A stretch of 64,000 bases of DNA from Hormiphora californensis (lineage: Eukaryota > Animalia > Ctenophora): assembly GCA_020137815.1 (NCBI GenBank), contig CM035353.1, forward strand, positions 4,278,001-4,342,000. The letters are read 5' to 3'. A program made the translations under genes and the position numbers. Below are positions 1 through 12,900 of the stretch, piece by piece; positions within the stretch are counted from its first letter, which is position 1, and every line of letters starts with the position of its first letter. The notes beneath the pieces were generated by a model. It saw only the letters and a program-made list of their open reading frames with translations. It did not search any database and was not told where the DNA came from.

Positions 1-15
1 ACCGAACTCGCCCTC

Positions 16-137
<122 letters not shown>

Positions 138-208
138 CCACTTTCTACCTAACTGCCCTCCCCCTCTCTCCATTCCACTTTCTACCTAACTCGCCCCTAT
201 TTCCACAG

Positions 209-3200
209 TCCATATTAGACCGGACATATTCCGCTATTATTTATACCGGGGAAAGCTTCTACTGGAAATGGGTCAACTGGACCTGGCATCGAAACACATC
301 AGATTCGCATCAGTCCTGACTCCCAACACAACAAGTGGTTCTTCGGCACTTCAGCGGGCCGTGGTACAGAGCTTCCTTCAGAATTATGACGAGGCGATAT
401 TTGTTTTGGATAGGGCTGCGGGCCTTGATCCATCTCCCTTCCAATACATCCTACTAGGTGAGTTCTAATATATCCATGATCCATCTCCCTTCCAATACAT
501 CCTGCTAGGTGAGTTCTAATACCCTTGATCCATCTCCCTTCCAATACATCCTGCTAGGTGAGTTCTAATACCCTTGATCCATCTCCCTTCCAATACATCC
601 TGCTAGGTGAGTTCTAATACCCTTGATCCATCTCCCTTCCAATACATCCTACTAGGTGAGTTCTAATTATATCCATGATCCATCTCCCTTCCAATACATC
701 CTGCTAGGTGAGTTCTTATACCCTTGATCCATCTCCCTTCCAATACATCCTGCTAGGTGAGTTCTAATATATCCATGATCCATCTCCCTTCCAATACATC
801 CTGCTAGGTGAGTTCTAATACCCTTGATCCATCTCCCTTCCAATACATCCTGCTAGGTGAGTTCTAATACCCTTGATCCATCTCCCTTCCAATACATCCT
901 GCTAGGTGAGTTCTAATATATCCTTGATCCATCTCCCTTCCAATACATCCTGCTAGGTGAGTTCTAATACCCATGATCCATCTCCCTTCCAATACATCCT
1001 ACTAGGTGAGTTCTAATACCCTTGATCCATCTCCCTTCCAATACATCCTACTAGGTGAGTTCTAATATCCATGATCCATCTCCCTTCCAATACATCCTAC
1101 TAGGTGAGTTCTAATACCCTTGATCCATCTCCCTTCCAATACATCCTACAAGGTGAGTTCTAATACCCTTGATCCATCTCCCTTCCAATACATCCTGCTA
1201 GGTGAGTTCTAATATCCATGATCCATCTCCCTTCCAATACATCCTGCTAGGTGAGTTCTAATATCCATGATCCATCTCCCTTCCAATACATCCTGCTAGG
1301 TGAGTTCTAATATCCTTGATCCATCTCCCTTCCAATACATCCTGCTAGGTGAGTTCTAATACCCTTGATCCATCTCCCTTCCAATACATCCTGCTAGGTG
1401 AGTTCTAATACCCTTGATCCATCCCCCTTCCAATACATCCTGCTAGGTGAGTTCTAATACCCTTGATCCATCTCCCTTCCAATACATCCTGCTAGGTGAG
1501 TTCTAATATCCTTGATCCATCTCCCTTCCAATACATCCTACTAGGTGAGTTCTAATATCCATGATCCATTTCCCTTCCAATACATCCTGCTAGGTGAGTT
1601 CTAATATCCATGATCCATCTCCCTTCCAATACATCCTACTAGGTGAGTTCTAATATATCCATGATAGGTCCAGTGCGCATCAGCTACTATATAATAGCTA
1701 AGACCCCTTTCCAATTTCCTGTGGTACTTTGTTTAAACGCAGCAAGCGGTACTAAGTACCACGTCATTTCAGGGAAGACTTATCTAAAAGCAAAACGATA
1801 TCACGAGGCAGTTGATAACTTTGAAAAAGCTCTCATGTACCTGGTTAGTAAGGCCAGATCTTTTTCAAGCCATCATTTTGAGCTTTCTTCTAGCTATTAG
1901 GCTACTTTTTAGTTACCTTACTCTCGTTTTTTAAGAAACGCTTTAGTAAGAAACTATTTTATAAGAAACTTTTCAAATGTAAATCACACAATTCAGAGAC
2001 ACCACAACAAAATAGAACACCCCTAACTTGTTTATTTTCTTGATAAAGGAGAAATTCTTTTTGTTTTTGGATTGCTTACACCAGTAGTTTCCTAGAAAAA
2101 AAGTTTCTTATTTAAAAGTTTCTTGAAATATGCGAGCTTAATTAACGAGAGTAAGGTACTTTTTTATCTCTCTCTTGAGCCCGTTCTTATGTTGTGTACA
2201 GCGGCGATGTAGAAGTACTGTTGTACCAGTCGTGGATGGGCTGGAGGACTTCAAAACGGATCTTCATAATTTGGGCAAGGTGCCAAAAGTGTTTTCTGTG
2301 CGTGTGTGAAGTACACAATTTAGGTGCCGTGTTGTTACCATGGTTACCATAGCTGGTATGGGCAGTGTTGTTACCATGGTTACCATAGCTGGGATGGGCA
2401 GTGTTGTTACCATGGTTACCATGGCTGGGATGGGCAGTGTTGTTACCATGGTTACCATAGCTGGGATGGGCAGTGTTGTTACCATGGTTACCATGGCTGG
2501 GCGGTGTTTGTCGTACTGTTACCATATGGTGACCATGGTTATGTGAAGCTGTGTCGTCGCATCTAACCATATACATAGATATAGATACTTTAAACACTAA
2601 TCTCCATGTTCAACGAAGCACTAACATTAAAAACTAACATTGACACTTTAGTCCTTTCAGAAACCTAAAACACTAAAACAGGAAATGCCAAAATCTGCAT
2701 CGGAGGTCTATTTTCTTATTGGTAAGGTTAATCTCATACATGTTGTATAACCTAAGCTATCTAGATGTAGTTAACCCCTGCCCATGTTAACCACTACCCA
2801 ATACCGATGTTAACCCCTACCCATGTTGGTAGGCGGACTCTAGTGCTAACGGACTCTATATCTAAACCCAAGGAGGACTCTATATATATATATATTATAT
2901 ATATCTAACCCTAACCTTTACACTAACCCCTAAACTCGAACCCAAATAACTGATAACGGCCCTAACACTTATAAATGAGTATAGAGGCACAGAAAACTCT
3001 CGTTTCCGGCCTAACGGCCGAAATCTCGAGTTCGCTTTTCTTGATTTTAGCACTAGAGTCCGTTTACCACCCATGTTAACCTATACGTTAACCTCAGGAA
3101 AGTGCCATGTTGAATCGGGCAACTATTCTGCTGCACTGGAGGCGCTAAACAGTGCAATTCGTATCAATCCATCATACGCCGAGGTAATAGTTCCAGTACT

Positions 3201-6200
3201 TGTCAGTACTTACCAGTACTTACCAGTACTTACCAGTACTTACAATATTCTAACCTTGTGTGAATCACTGAATCACACCGCATTTTATAAGATATCCAGT
3301 GTGAGGTTAGATCAACTCTAACCCTCTTTACAATTTGTGTGGTGTGAGTTAGTGTCGAGCAAGGCATGTCAGTGTTAGTACTACTAACTTTCGTTGCCAA
3401 TATTTGCCCACCATTACCCCCTCCTGCCCTTATGACCCATCCTGTTTTTGCGCCTACTGCAAAGAGGTCTAGCCTAGAACTTTGGACCAGCTCTCCCTGC
3501 TAGATCTAACCTTGGCCCCGTAATCCTAGTTTCCCAAGCACTACCCTCGGCACGTACTTGGCAACTAGGACGATTCCAAATGGGCAATGTCATCCCCTAC
3601 TAGTAACGAAGCCCTAACAGATCTATGTCTCGATGGCTATAACCAGTCAGGCACCTAATTAGGATCTGGGGGTATCTTTCAGGTCGGTTACTAGTAGTAG
3701 CAAGCGTGTTTTATGCTTTTATTGGAATACTGTCCCTGTTGCAAACCATCACACCCTATGGTAACTATGCGCTTAAGTCCCGTTTTACGATTTGATGAAT
3801 GGTCGGGACCTATGGCACTCGTATAAGTTTGTGATGGGTATGTCGAACCCGATTAACGTTTGGCTTGAAACTCTGGGTTTGTTTATCATGGAGATGTTAA
3901 GATTTTGCTCTTTGAGATGTTTGAGCCCAGTTGTTTGGCAGGTAACGTTTTGCTTGAGGTTTGCATAGATTACTTTTCGGAACAGGTACATTTTGCCTCA
4001 GCGGAATTGGATTGGTCTGGATCGAGGTAACGTTTGCCTTTGCGAGTGGGTCTGTTGGTGGCGCTATAGCTAGCTAAAAAACAGTAATAAAATATAATCA
4101 ATCTCTCAATCGCCACATCCACTTTTCAAATCCAATGCTACATAATATCATTTAAAATGTGAACACAATAGATGGACAGACAATACGGACAGATTGAATT
4201 TACAGCATTTTGATGCATGATTGATACCGTGACTTCTTGATGATGAGTATTGAGATGTGAAGTGTGTCCACTGTCCATTTCCAGTAGAGACAAAGATAAA
4301 CGAAAACGATCAAACACAAATAAGGGGTAGGACAGATTGTAGAGCTAATGGAATGTAAGATGTTCTAGAAGATAAGTCGGGTGGGCCAGATAAGAACAAT
4401 GAACATTTGTTAATTGTTACACGCGATAAGCGACTTAGTGCACCAAAACACAAGGATTGTCTCTGTAGTGGCGTGTTTCACAAAGTCCTCTAAATTGGGA
4501 AGGGCCAGGGGGGGGGGGAGGTGGGTGGGGTGGAGGGGTGGGTGGTGGCTAGTACAAGAAAACGAGCATGTATTGAGTGCGTTAGAGATCAGATATTAGA
4601 GGTACTGTGTTGAAAGATACAGGGAAGGAGCACTATTTGACAGAATGACTGAACCAAACTAGGCGATACGGTTGTTAAGTGATAGATTTAGGATTAAAGA
4701 GAGACTTAGACGGGTGTATGTCAGTGTAACAGAGCATTCAAAATGAAACAAATATGAAACTGCAAATGTATCTGGCAGCTCTTGTGTGGTTATTTTAGAT
4801 GAGAGTAATAGGTACAACGATCCCGTGATTTACCCTTGAAACTGAGAACTCGTGCAGCTAGCATTTAGATCAAAATGTTTGAGATTTGTTCATGATGATT
4901 TCTAACTCAAAGTTATTTGTAGGATTCAACCTAACAGTGTTAGGGCCTACCTGTATCGGGGAGCGTTAAAGTTTGAAACTAAGAACTACCCCCTTGCTAT
5001 TCAAGATCTTTCCTCTGCCATCAAGCTGGGTGAGTTATCTACTGATCAGGAAATATTGGTCCCTGATTGGCTGATAACCAGTCACGTGACCTAAATAACG
5101 AGTTCTGAATGGTTGTTTTCTTGTTTCGATCGGTTCCTGGTGAGTTATCTACCGATCACCATGGATCGTACCAGACTGACGCCACTCCCAGGATACACAC
5201 CATAATAACGGGGCCACACGACTCCCCCCCCCCCATACTAATCAGCATGACTACCTCATATATCCCCATGATACTAATCAGCATGACTCCCCCTCCCCCA
5301 TATATCCCCATACTAATCAGCATGACTATCCCCCTCAGATCCTATGTGTAGTCTGGCTTACTACAACAGAGCAGTGTGTTACCAGCACGTTGGCTCTGCA
5401 AAGGATGCCCTTCGCGACTACGGGGTCGTACTACTTCTAGAGAAGGATATGAACCAAAAGGTGAATAAATTATACTACTTTAATTAGTATTTTAATTAGT
5501 ATTTTAATTAGTACTTAAGTACTTTGTACTTGGATTAGTACTTTAATTAATACTTCGATTTGTACAATGCCCAACTAAATTCATGTACAATTATAGGTGT
5601 TGTTGAACCGAGGGCTACTGTATTACCAAGGGGGTGAGTATAATAACGCCCTGGTTGATTTCAAACTGGCGGTCAAGGATGCCCCTGATAATGCGCTCCT
5701 CTTCCACACACTGGGACTCTGTTACCATAGAAACAATCAAATAACCAAGGCACTGGAAACTCTAACTCACGCGATGTCCTTGCAGGTACCAGCTCTCTCT
5801 CTCTCTCTCTCTCTCCCTCTCTCTCTCTCCCCTCTCTCTCCCTCTCTCTCTCCCTCCTCTCTCTCCCCCCTCTATCTCTCTCTCCCTCTCTCTCTCTCTC
5901 TCCCAGGAACACTTTATCCAAGCCTACATATCCCGTGGTAATGTGTACATGAGTATGAACACCGAGAAGGGGTACACCCTAAGTAAAAGGGACTATTGTA
6001 GGGCCCTACATTATGACCCGACAAACTTGGCTGCTCATACTAACTTGGGGATAGCTCTGCAAAGCAATGGTAACAATTTTTATAAGTTTTATAAAACCCT
6101 AATTCGTTATCACCCTAATTCGTTATGACCCTAATTCGTTATGAACACTCATGCAACCCCAACATTTACCTTCCAGAAAAAATGAATGAGGGCTGGAAAC

Positions 6201-7302
6201 AATTCACGGCGGCCATTAGGATTTCCCCCGATTGCCACGCCGCACTTGAAGCACGAAGCATAACCAACCTTCAGATGGGACATCTCTTCGGGGCGTTTAG
6301 TGACATAAACCAGGCCGTTCAACTGTACCCCACTCCTACCATGCTAACGAACAGAGGTAACTAGTAATTAGTTGTTACCCTCAGGTGTTATCCAGCACAG
6401 TGCTAACAGTTGTTACCCTCAGGTGTTATCCAGCACAGTGCTAACAGTTGTTACCCTCAGGTGTTATCCAACAATATATGGGAGAGGCCAGGAACGCAAT
6501 GGCGGATTTCCAACAAGCAATAGAAGCCGACCCAAAATACTCCCTAGCTTATTTCAACGCGGCTAGCCTTTACTTCAATCTACGGCTATTTGAGAAAGCC
6601 CTAAAGTAAGATAATCAAGTTCTTACAGGTTATTTTGCCTTTGAGCTCGACCCTCTCTGGAGGAGGGTTAGAACATAACAAAGTCTATTTACTTCTTATT
6701 TCTCTCAGGTATTACGATGAAGCTGTTAAAAACTGTCCTGATGATGAAAGTGCCGTTCTAAACAGGTCTGTAATAGTTATCTAATTAACTCATTAGAAGA
6801 TAATTAGTGATTTAATTAAGTATTAACTCATTAGTTAATAATTAGTCGATTAAACTAATGATCCCAAAATTCCCACAGAGCTATCGCAAGAGTAATGTTG
6901 AAGCACTATGATGCGGCAATGGATGATTTCAATACTGCAGTTTCCCTAAACCCCTTCGCAGCTCATTCCTACTTCAACAGAGGAAACCTCCACTTAACAC
7001 TCGGTAACCACTCCTCATGTCTCGACCCCCAACCTCGACCCCCCCCCCTTTCACAGTCCTCTTAGCACCTGGATTTTTTGCTGAAACTTTGTGTTTTTTG
7101 CTGAAACTCTGTGTTTTTGCTGACACTCTGTTTCTTCCCAGGTAACAATATAGAGGCAGAGGAAGATTTTAGGAAAGCCCTTTCTTTACAACCCAAAGAT
7201 AGTGCTTCATTTACCCAGCTTGCAGTGGCCCTCGGGAGGCAATTCAGGAAGGAAGAAGCGCTTGAGAATTATAGAAAATCAATAAAACTATCAGAAGGTT
7301 GA
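209..7302 (+). CDS. Multi-exon tetratricopeptide-repeat protein, TTC6-like (5' part outside window). Approximate exons: 209-457, 1773-1843, 2652-2721, 3098-3183, 4924-5029, 5339-5460, 5597-5785, 5907-6069, 6177-6356, 6461-6605, 6709-6765, 6879-7003, 7142-7302
   Basis: GT-AG bounded exons encode consecutive TPR motifs ([65 protein letters not shown]); stop TGA at 7300-7302. Phases join except between 3183 and 4924. Confidence 0.85.
423..1665 (+). repeat. Tandem array of about 24 units of 49-52 bp spanning an exon/intron boundary
   Basis: Unit GTGAGTTCTAATACCCTTGATCCATCTCCCTTCCAATACATCCTGCTAG; GTGAG recurs from 458 to 1643. Confidence 0.95.
1914..2158. mobile_element. Small MITE
   Basis: TIR TACCTTACTCTCGTT ... 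AACGAGAGTAAGGTA, with internal AAGAAAC/GTTTCTT subrepeats. Confidence 0.65.
2329..2540. repeat. 36-bp intronic minisatellite, about 5 copies
   Basis: Unit GTGTTGTTACCATGGTTACCATAGCTGGGATGGGCA. Confidence 0.9.
5045..5139. mobile_element. 109-bp MITE family (hAT-like), copy with one end truncated
   Basis: Matches 13926-14034; ends CGGTTCCTG; flanked by the duplicated donor GTGAGTTATCTAC(T/C)GATCA. Confidence 0.85.
6371..6470 (+). repeat. 38-bp tandem repeat containing a 3' splice site (about 2.6 copies)
   Basis: Unit GTTGTTACCCTCAG|GTGTTATCCAGCACAGTGCTAACA; the last copy runs into the exon at 6461. Confidence 0.9.
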
Positions 7303-8122
7303 AAGAGACTGTAAACAAATGTAAATAGTTAATATTTTGTATTTTTTTAGTTTTCCATTCTCTAAATCTGTTCTTTGGCAGTGCAGTTGTCCCTGTAGAC
7401 CCCCGTCACACGACAGTTACGGAACGCGCGGTACATTTCTTACATTTAAAGTAAAGCCACCGCGCGCAGTTGCTATGGGAATTGGTCCATGTGGGGTCGT
7501 GCTGAGCAATACCCCCGCTAACCCGTCAGGCCAATGCTCTGACAGGACCTAACCGCCCTCTCTCATTATCAAGGAATGGACGTGGTGTCCAGGGGATCAA
7601 CCAAGTATATAGAGTCGAGGCTAGGAACACTGTAACACTCAACAACTGTTAGAGAAACTTTAAGTTGTTGAATGTTTTACTGAATGAAACAAATTCATTT
7701 TCATGTTTTTGGAATTGCAACGTTTAATCAAAATATAATTTAAATGATAACTAAATAAAATTAGTTTAAGTTTATTAAATAAAGTTTCCATGAAATTTTA
7801 AAATGTAGGTTAATTTCTAAAATCAAAGAAATAAAATCTGGGACGGGTATATCCCTTATCATATCAGGAAAGTTCCCCCTCTCTGAGTTTGAATAATATT
7901 TTTCTCTCTCTTTCTGTCTGTCTGTCTGTCTGTGTCTGTCTGTCTGTGTCTGTCTGTCTGTCTGTATATCTGTCCGTCTGTCTGTTTTTCTCTCTATCTC
8001 TCCCTCTTATTCTCACCTCTCAGTCTCTAACACACAATTCTTTGGACAGCGTCTAATCAAACAGCTTTTAAAACGAAACTCTATATCTCTTTCTATCACT
8101 CTGTATCACGCCCTCTCTATCT

Positions 8123-9256
8123 CTAAGAGTTTATAAGAATAGGAGAGTCCAGTGGAGATTGGCGGTGATGGGAAGTTGTTGAAGAGGGCTCAGGAATTGT
8201 GTCAAAATCAAAGGTAAAACTGCACGGCATCTTGCCGGTGTAATGTTCCCTCGAGCTGGTGCTGGGACTATCTGGGGTGTCCTCGCTGGCTGACCTAGGC
8301 AACTTCCGAGACACATCCGTCCTGGGGAAGAAGCTGTTTTAAGGAGGTGAGAGGAGGAAGGGAGGAAGCTGTTTTAAGGAGGTGAGAGGAGGAAGGGATG
8401 GAAGCTGTTTTAAGGATGTGAGAGGAGGAAGGGAGGAAGCTGTTTTAAAGAGGTGAGAGGAGGAAGGGATGGAAGCTGTTTTAAGGAGGTGAGAGGAGAA
8501 AGGGATGGAGGTGTAGACGGGATGGAGAGAGAAGGGAAGGAGAGAGAAGGAAGGTTTTAAGGAGGTGAGAGGAGGAAGGGATGGAGGTGTAGACGGGATG
8601 GGGAGAGAAGGAAGGGATGGAGGTGTAGAAGGGATGGAGAGAGAAGGGACGGGAGGTGTAGATGGGATGGGGAGAGGAAGGATGGGGAGATCGAGAGTCG
8701 TTTTGTTCAAACTCTTTTTATTTTATTCTATAAGAAGGGTCGAACAAGGCAAGCGGAGAGAAGGGAGGACGGATAAAGAGGAGAAAGATGGACAAGTTTG
8801 TCTCTGGTAAGGTCCATATCGATCTCTGCAGTGGCAACACCTACCTCCCGTAATCAAGGGAAAAGGATGATTTAGTTAAAGATACAGGAGTTTTAAGGAA
8901 CCCATGGGGATTGCTCTTCAGCAGGTTTTGGGGGTCTCAGCTGTTCGGTGGATTCAACGTCCGAGGAGAAGTCAAAGGCAGGCACTCTCTTTAAGTGTGA
9001 TATCTTGCCTGCAGTAGGAGAGCATTAGTGTCCAATGGTTATAATTGTGACAGTATAGTATTATGGTAAGTAATATATATGATAGAGATGAAAATCAAAT
9101 GCTTATTTTTTACCCTCTACCGAAAGTTCTACTCACGTTTTGAACTCTTTTCCATGAGTTTAGATAGCTGTAGGAGAGAGGGTGGCTTGGGACTATCCGG
9201 AGAGGGTATATCAACTTCTGAAATGTAGCTGCATGTGAATACACGAAGAGAGAGAG

Positions 9257-9341
<85 letters not shown>

Positions 9342-9880
9342 AGAGGGGAGAGAGAGAGAGAAAAATAGATGGAGCGATTGTCATGTCTCTTGGCTGTAAA
9401 GCTTCTCAAAGTGTGTTTCTGTCAATTATCACTGCTTATAATAATGTTTTTCCTTAGCCAACATGACAATGACAATTCCAGTCATATCTTGGCAGTAAAT
9501 TGTTGTTGCCTTTTGAAACGTGTTACCCGTCGATTTATCGGGGTGAGAGAGGCCTTGATAAACAGAATTGCTAATAAGCAGTTTATACTATAGGGTTGAG
9601 CCTCGCTATAAACAGTTTGTACTAGAGGGTTGAGCCTTAATCAGTTGAAGTACTGTAGAAAGATGTCAGAGCTAAGGGGTTACCATGTCATGGTGATAGT
9701 GTTGGGTGTAATGATATCAGCAGCGATATTGTTGTGTTGGATAACATGGAGATTTCGATACAAAATAGTTCTCCGAACTGCGGTACGGAATTATTCAAGT
9801 CTGTCTGTCTGTCATGTCTGTCATGTCTGTCATGTCTGTCATGTCTGTCATGTCTGTCTGTCATGTCTGTCTGTCTGTCA

Positions 9881-9972
<92 letters not shown>

Positions 9973-12900
9973 ATGCCGGTATCTGTCTATCTATGCTTGA
10001 GAGTATTTATCATCTCAATTACAGGTCCAGAACCCACAAATGACCTTCGTCAAGGTTTGGTCTTTGAGACGTATCACGACTTGGAATTTAACACCAATAC
10101 TGGGATACCGCCATCATTAGTCCCAGCGGCGGGGGGTAGGAGGGGGCTGCCAGCAGCTGTAGCCGGTAGAAGAGGACTACCGGGGATAAGAGGGGGAGGG
10201 CCAGTTAGGGGAGTTAGGGGGATCAGGAGCGGGAATCTTATCCCCAGAACCCTTTCGGAGGTTAAATTCAGCTCCGGTAAAGTAATGTCATTGATGAACC
10301 CTGTTGAACTTCCCCCGCAACCCGCTGAACCAGAGTAAGGCCCACACGAGTACATAGTATTATAATATATTAACATGTACTACAACTGTTTACTGTGAAC
10401 ATGGGACTTGTCAATCACGTGTAATATGAAATATCCGTTTAGATAAGATGGAACTAAATTTCAAAAATACACCCTGCAGGTGCCCAAAAGAGGTTGTCAG
10501 GAAGAGAAAGAGGAGGAGACCCTTCATGAAGCACCTTCCCACCACCCCAGAACACCTGGGTGACATCTCAGATAATGATCCACTTACTGAACTAAACCTA
10601 CAGCTCACCAAGCTACAGAGAGATCTGGGAGAGGAGGGGGAGAGGAGGGGGAGAGATCTGGGAGAGGAGGGGGATCATGGTGATCCAACCGCGGGGGAAT
10701 GGGATCCAGAGGTGAGAGAATGGAACCCTGAAGAGGATCAACCCACCCAAGACCTAGTTCCCAGTATCATGGATGACAAGTATTGGGACACGGTGAGGAA
10801 GGAACTCCGACAGACAGTCATAGTAAACCCTCTAGCTGAACAAGACGATACTACGCCCATACATGGTGTGTCACGTGATGCCCATATTCGGTCACACGAT
10901 GGGGACAACCCCTACGAGGTGGGGGAAGATGGCGAAATGCCCACTACCACAAGGTCGGCTATGGAAAGGACTGACTCAGAAACGTGGAACCCCGCGGAAA
11001 TGGATGAACAATTGGGACCTTTTTGTTGAAGTTGTCTTATGTCCATATATGGTGTTATGATATGCCCTTATATAGTCATTATACCTGGGGGTAAGGAGAT
11101 GTAGCTGGGTAGAGATGTAGATGTGATATCTATGTGATCTGGGATACTGCATCTGCTCACGGAATAGGACATTCTCCGAGGCATGGCATAAAGCTCTGAA
11201 ACAGAGGGGGAATTGTTAGCATAACGCAGGAACCGACCGACACAAGTAAACAACCAATCAGAACTCGTTATTTAGGTCACGTGACTGGTTATCAGCCAAT
11301 CAGGGACCAGTATTTCCTGATTCGGTCGGTTCTTGGCATAACGCTCTGAAATAATAAATGGCGTGTGCGTCGCGTCGCGTCTTGCCCATATAATATATGG
11401 CGTGTATATAAAGTGCGTTTCAAACGACTTGACCTGAGATTCCTGGAAATTCAGGATTTCCCCTTTGTAAATACACACGCAACGCGCCAAATTCCAAGAA
11501 TTACGGGTCAAGTCGCTTGAAACGGACTTTACCTTCTGGAGCGCCTTCGTGTGAGAATGATGATTTCCGGAGGCCCTTGAAGCGGTGTTTGTTCCTGGTT
11601 GACACCTCATACCGTAACAGGGCTCGATGTATAAACTCGTACTGTTCAAGGGTCTGAACCATTCCTCCCCTGTTACGAAATATTGTTGTTGTAATAGGCG
11701 GTCACGTGATATGTCCAAATATGGCAAGTTACGTGTCCGAATATGGCAAGTAACGTGATATGTCCAAATATGGTGTTTACCTGTCTAATCGCATGCTGGC
11801 TACAATTTTTAGCACGTCCACAACTTTGTCCTGACGGAGAGCCTGGATACCAATATCAACAGCAATAAAGCAGCCCGTTCTGCCCAGTCCTGCACTACAG
11901 TGGACCACTAATGGTGATATACCTGCGAGAAGGGTGTATCACGTGGTATGCCCAAACATGGTGTTGTGTGTCACGTGGTATGCCCATATATGGTGTTGTG
12001 TGTCACGTGGTATGACCAATTCATGATGTTGTGTGTCACGTGGTATGCCCATATATGGTGTTGTACCTGTGTTCCAGATGGAGTGGACACATGAGAGTAG
12101 GGATAATAGTTGTCTGGATGACTCAGGGACACCCTGGTCAGGCCAACTCCACATCCACAAATGACAAACCTTGTGCACCTCCTGAAATTTGTTATGTGTG
12201 GACTTGCATTGTTCCTGGGGGACTAAGCTGGGGGATAAGGCGGGGACTGGGATTGGTGGTGTGGCTCAAATGTGGGAGGGGGCACTTCTAGGATTGGTAT
12301 TTTGTTTGAACTGCACCCCCTCGGCGTGGTAATGAAATTACCCCTCGTCCCGTATTAGGGGTGAATTCTAAACAACCACCCCTAGCCTCCTAAACTCACA
12401 ATTCCATCGGTAACAAGCATGGAGGTAACAGTGAACCCCTCATAGTGAGTGCTATCTCGAACTGTCACAGTAAACGGTCCATACGATTCAACAGTCTCGG
12501 GCCAATAAACACTGCACTTGCTCCGTCCTTTCTCCTAAGGGATGGGTGTCACGTGATGTCCATATATGGTGTTGTGTATGTCACGTGGTATATCAGCCCA
12601 AATATGGTCAATGAGCCACTTACCTGGATTTTGGTGATCATTACAATGGTAGAAACTTTCTCTTGCCAGACCATGTCCCAAAAGTCGACAATAGTGTTCT
12701 TTAGGGGTCCCTGGGTTGCTATGTAAACCCTTGGAGCCCCCTTGAAACCCTGAAAGAAGGGGGTGGGTGACGGCACTAAATCTAGAATCCAGGAAGCCGG
12801 GTGGGGCCAGCCGGGTTATAAGGAGTGCTATATGTCCCTGCTCTATTATAGAGCAGGGACATTGTACTCGCGGGGATAATACAGGGTGTCCCACTGTCTT

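Noticed and set aside
423-1665. CRISPR-like regularly spaced repeats
   Set aside because: No unique spacers and no cas genes; it is a eukaryotic tandem repeat.
11227-11335. MITE acting as a self-contained introner
   Set aside because: Neither orientation gives GT...AG ends that excise it precisely.
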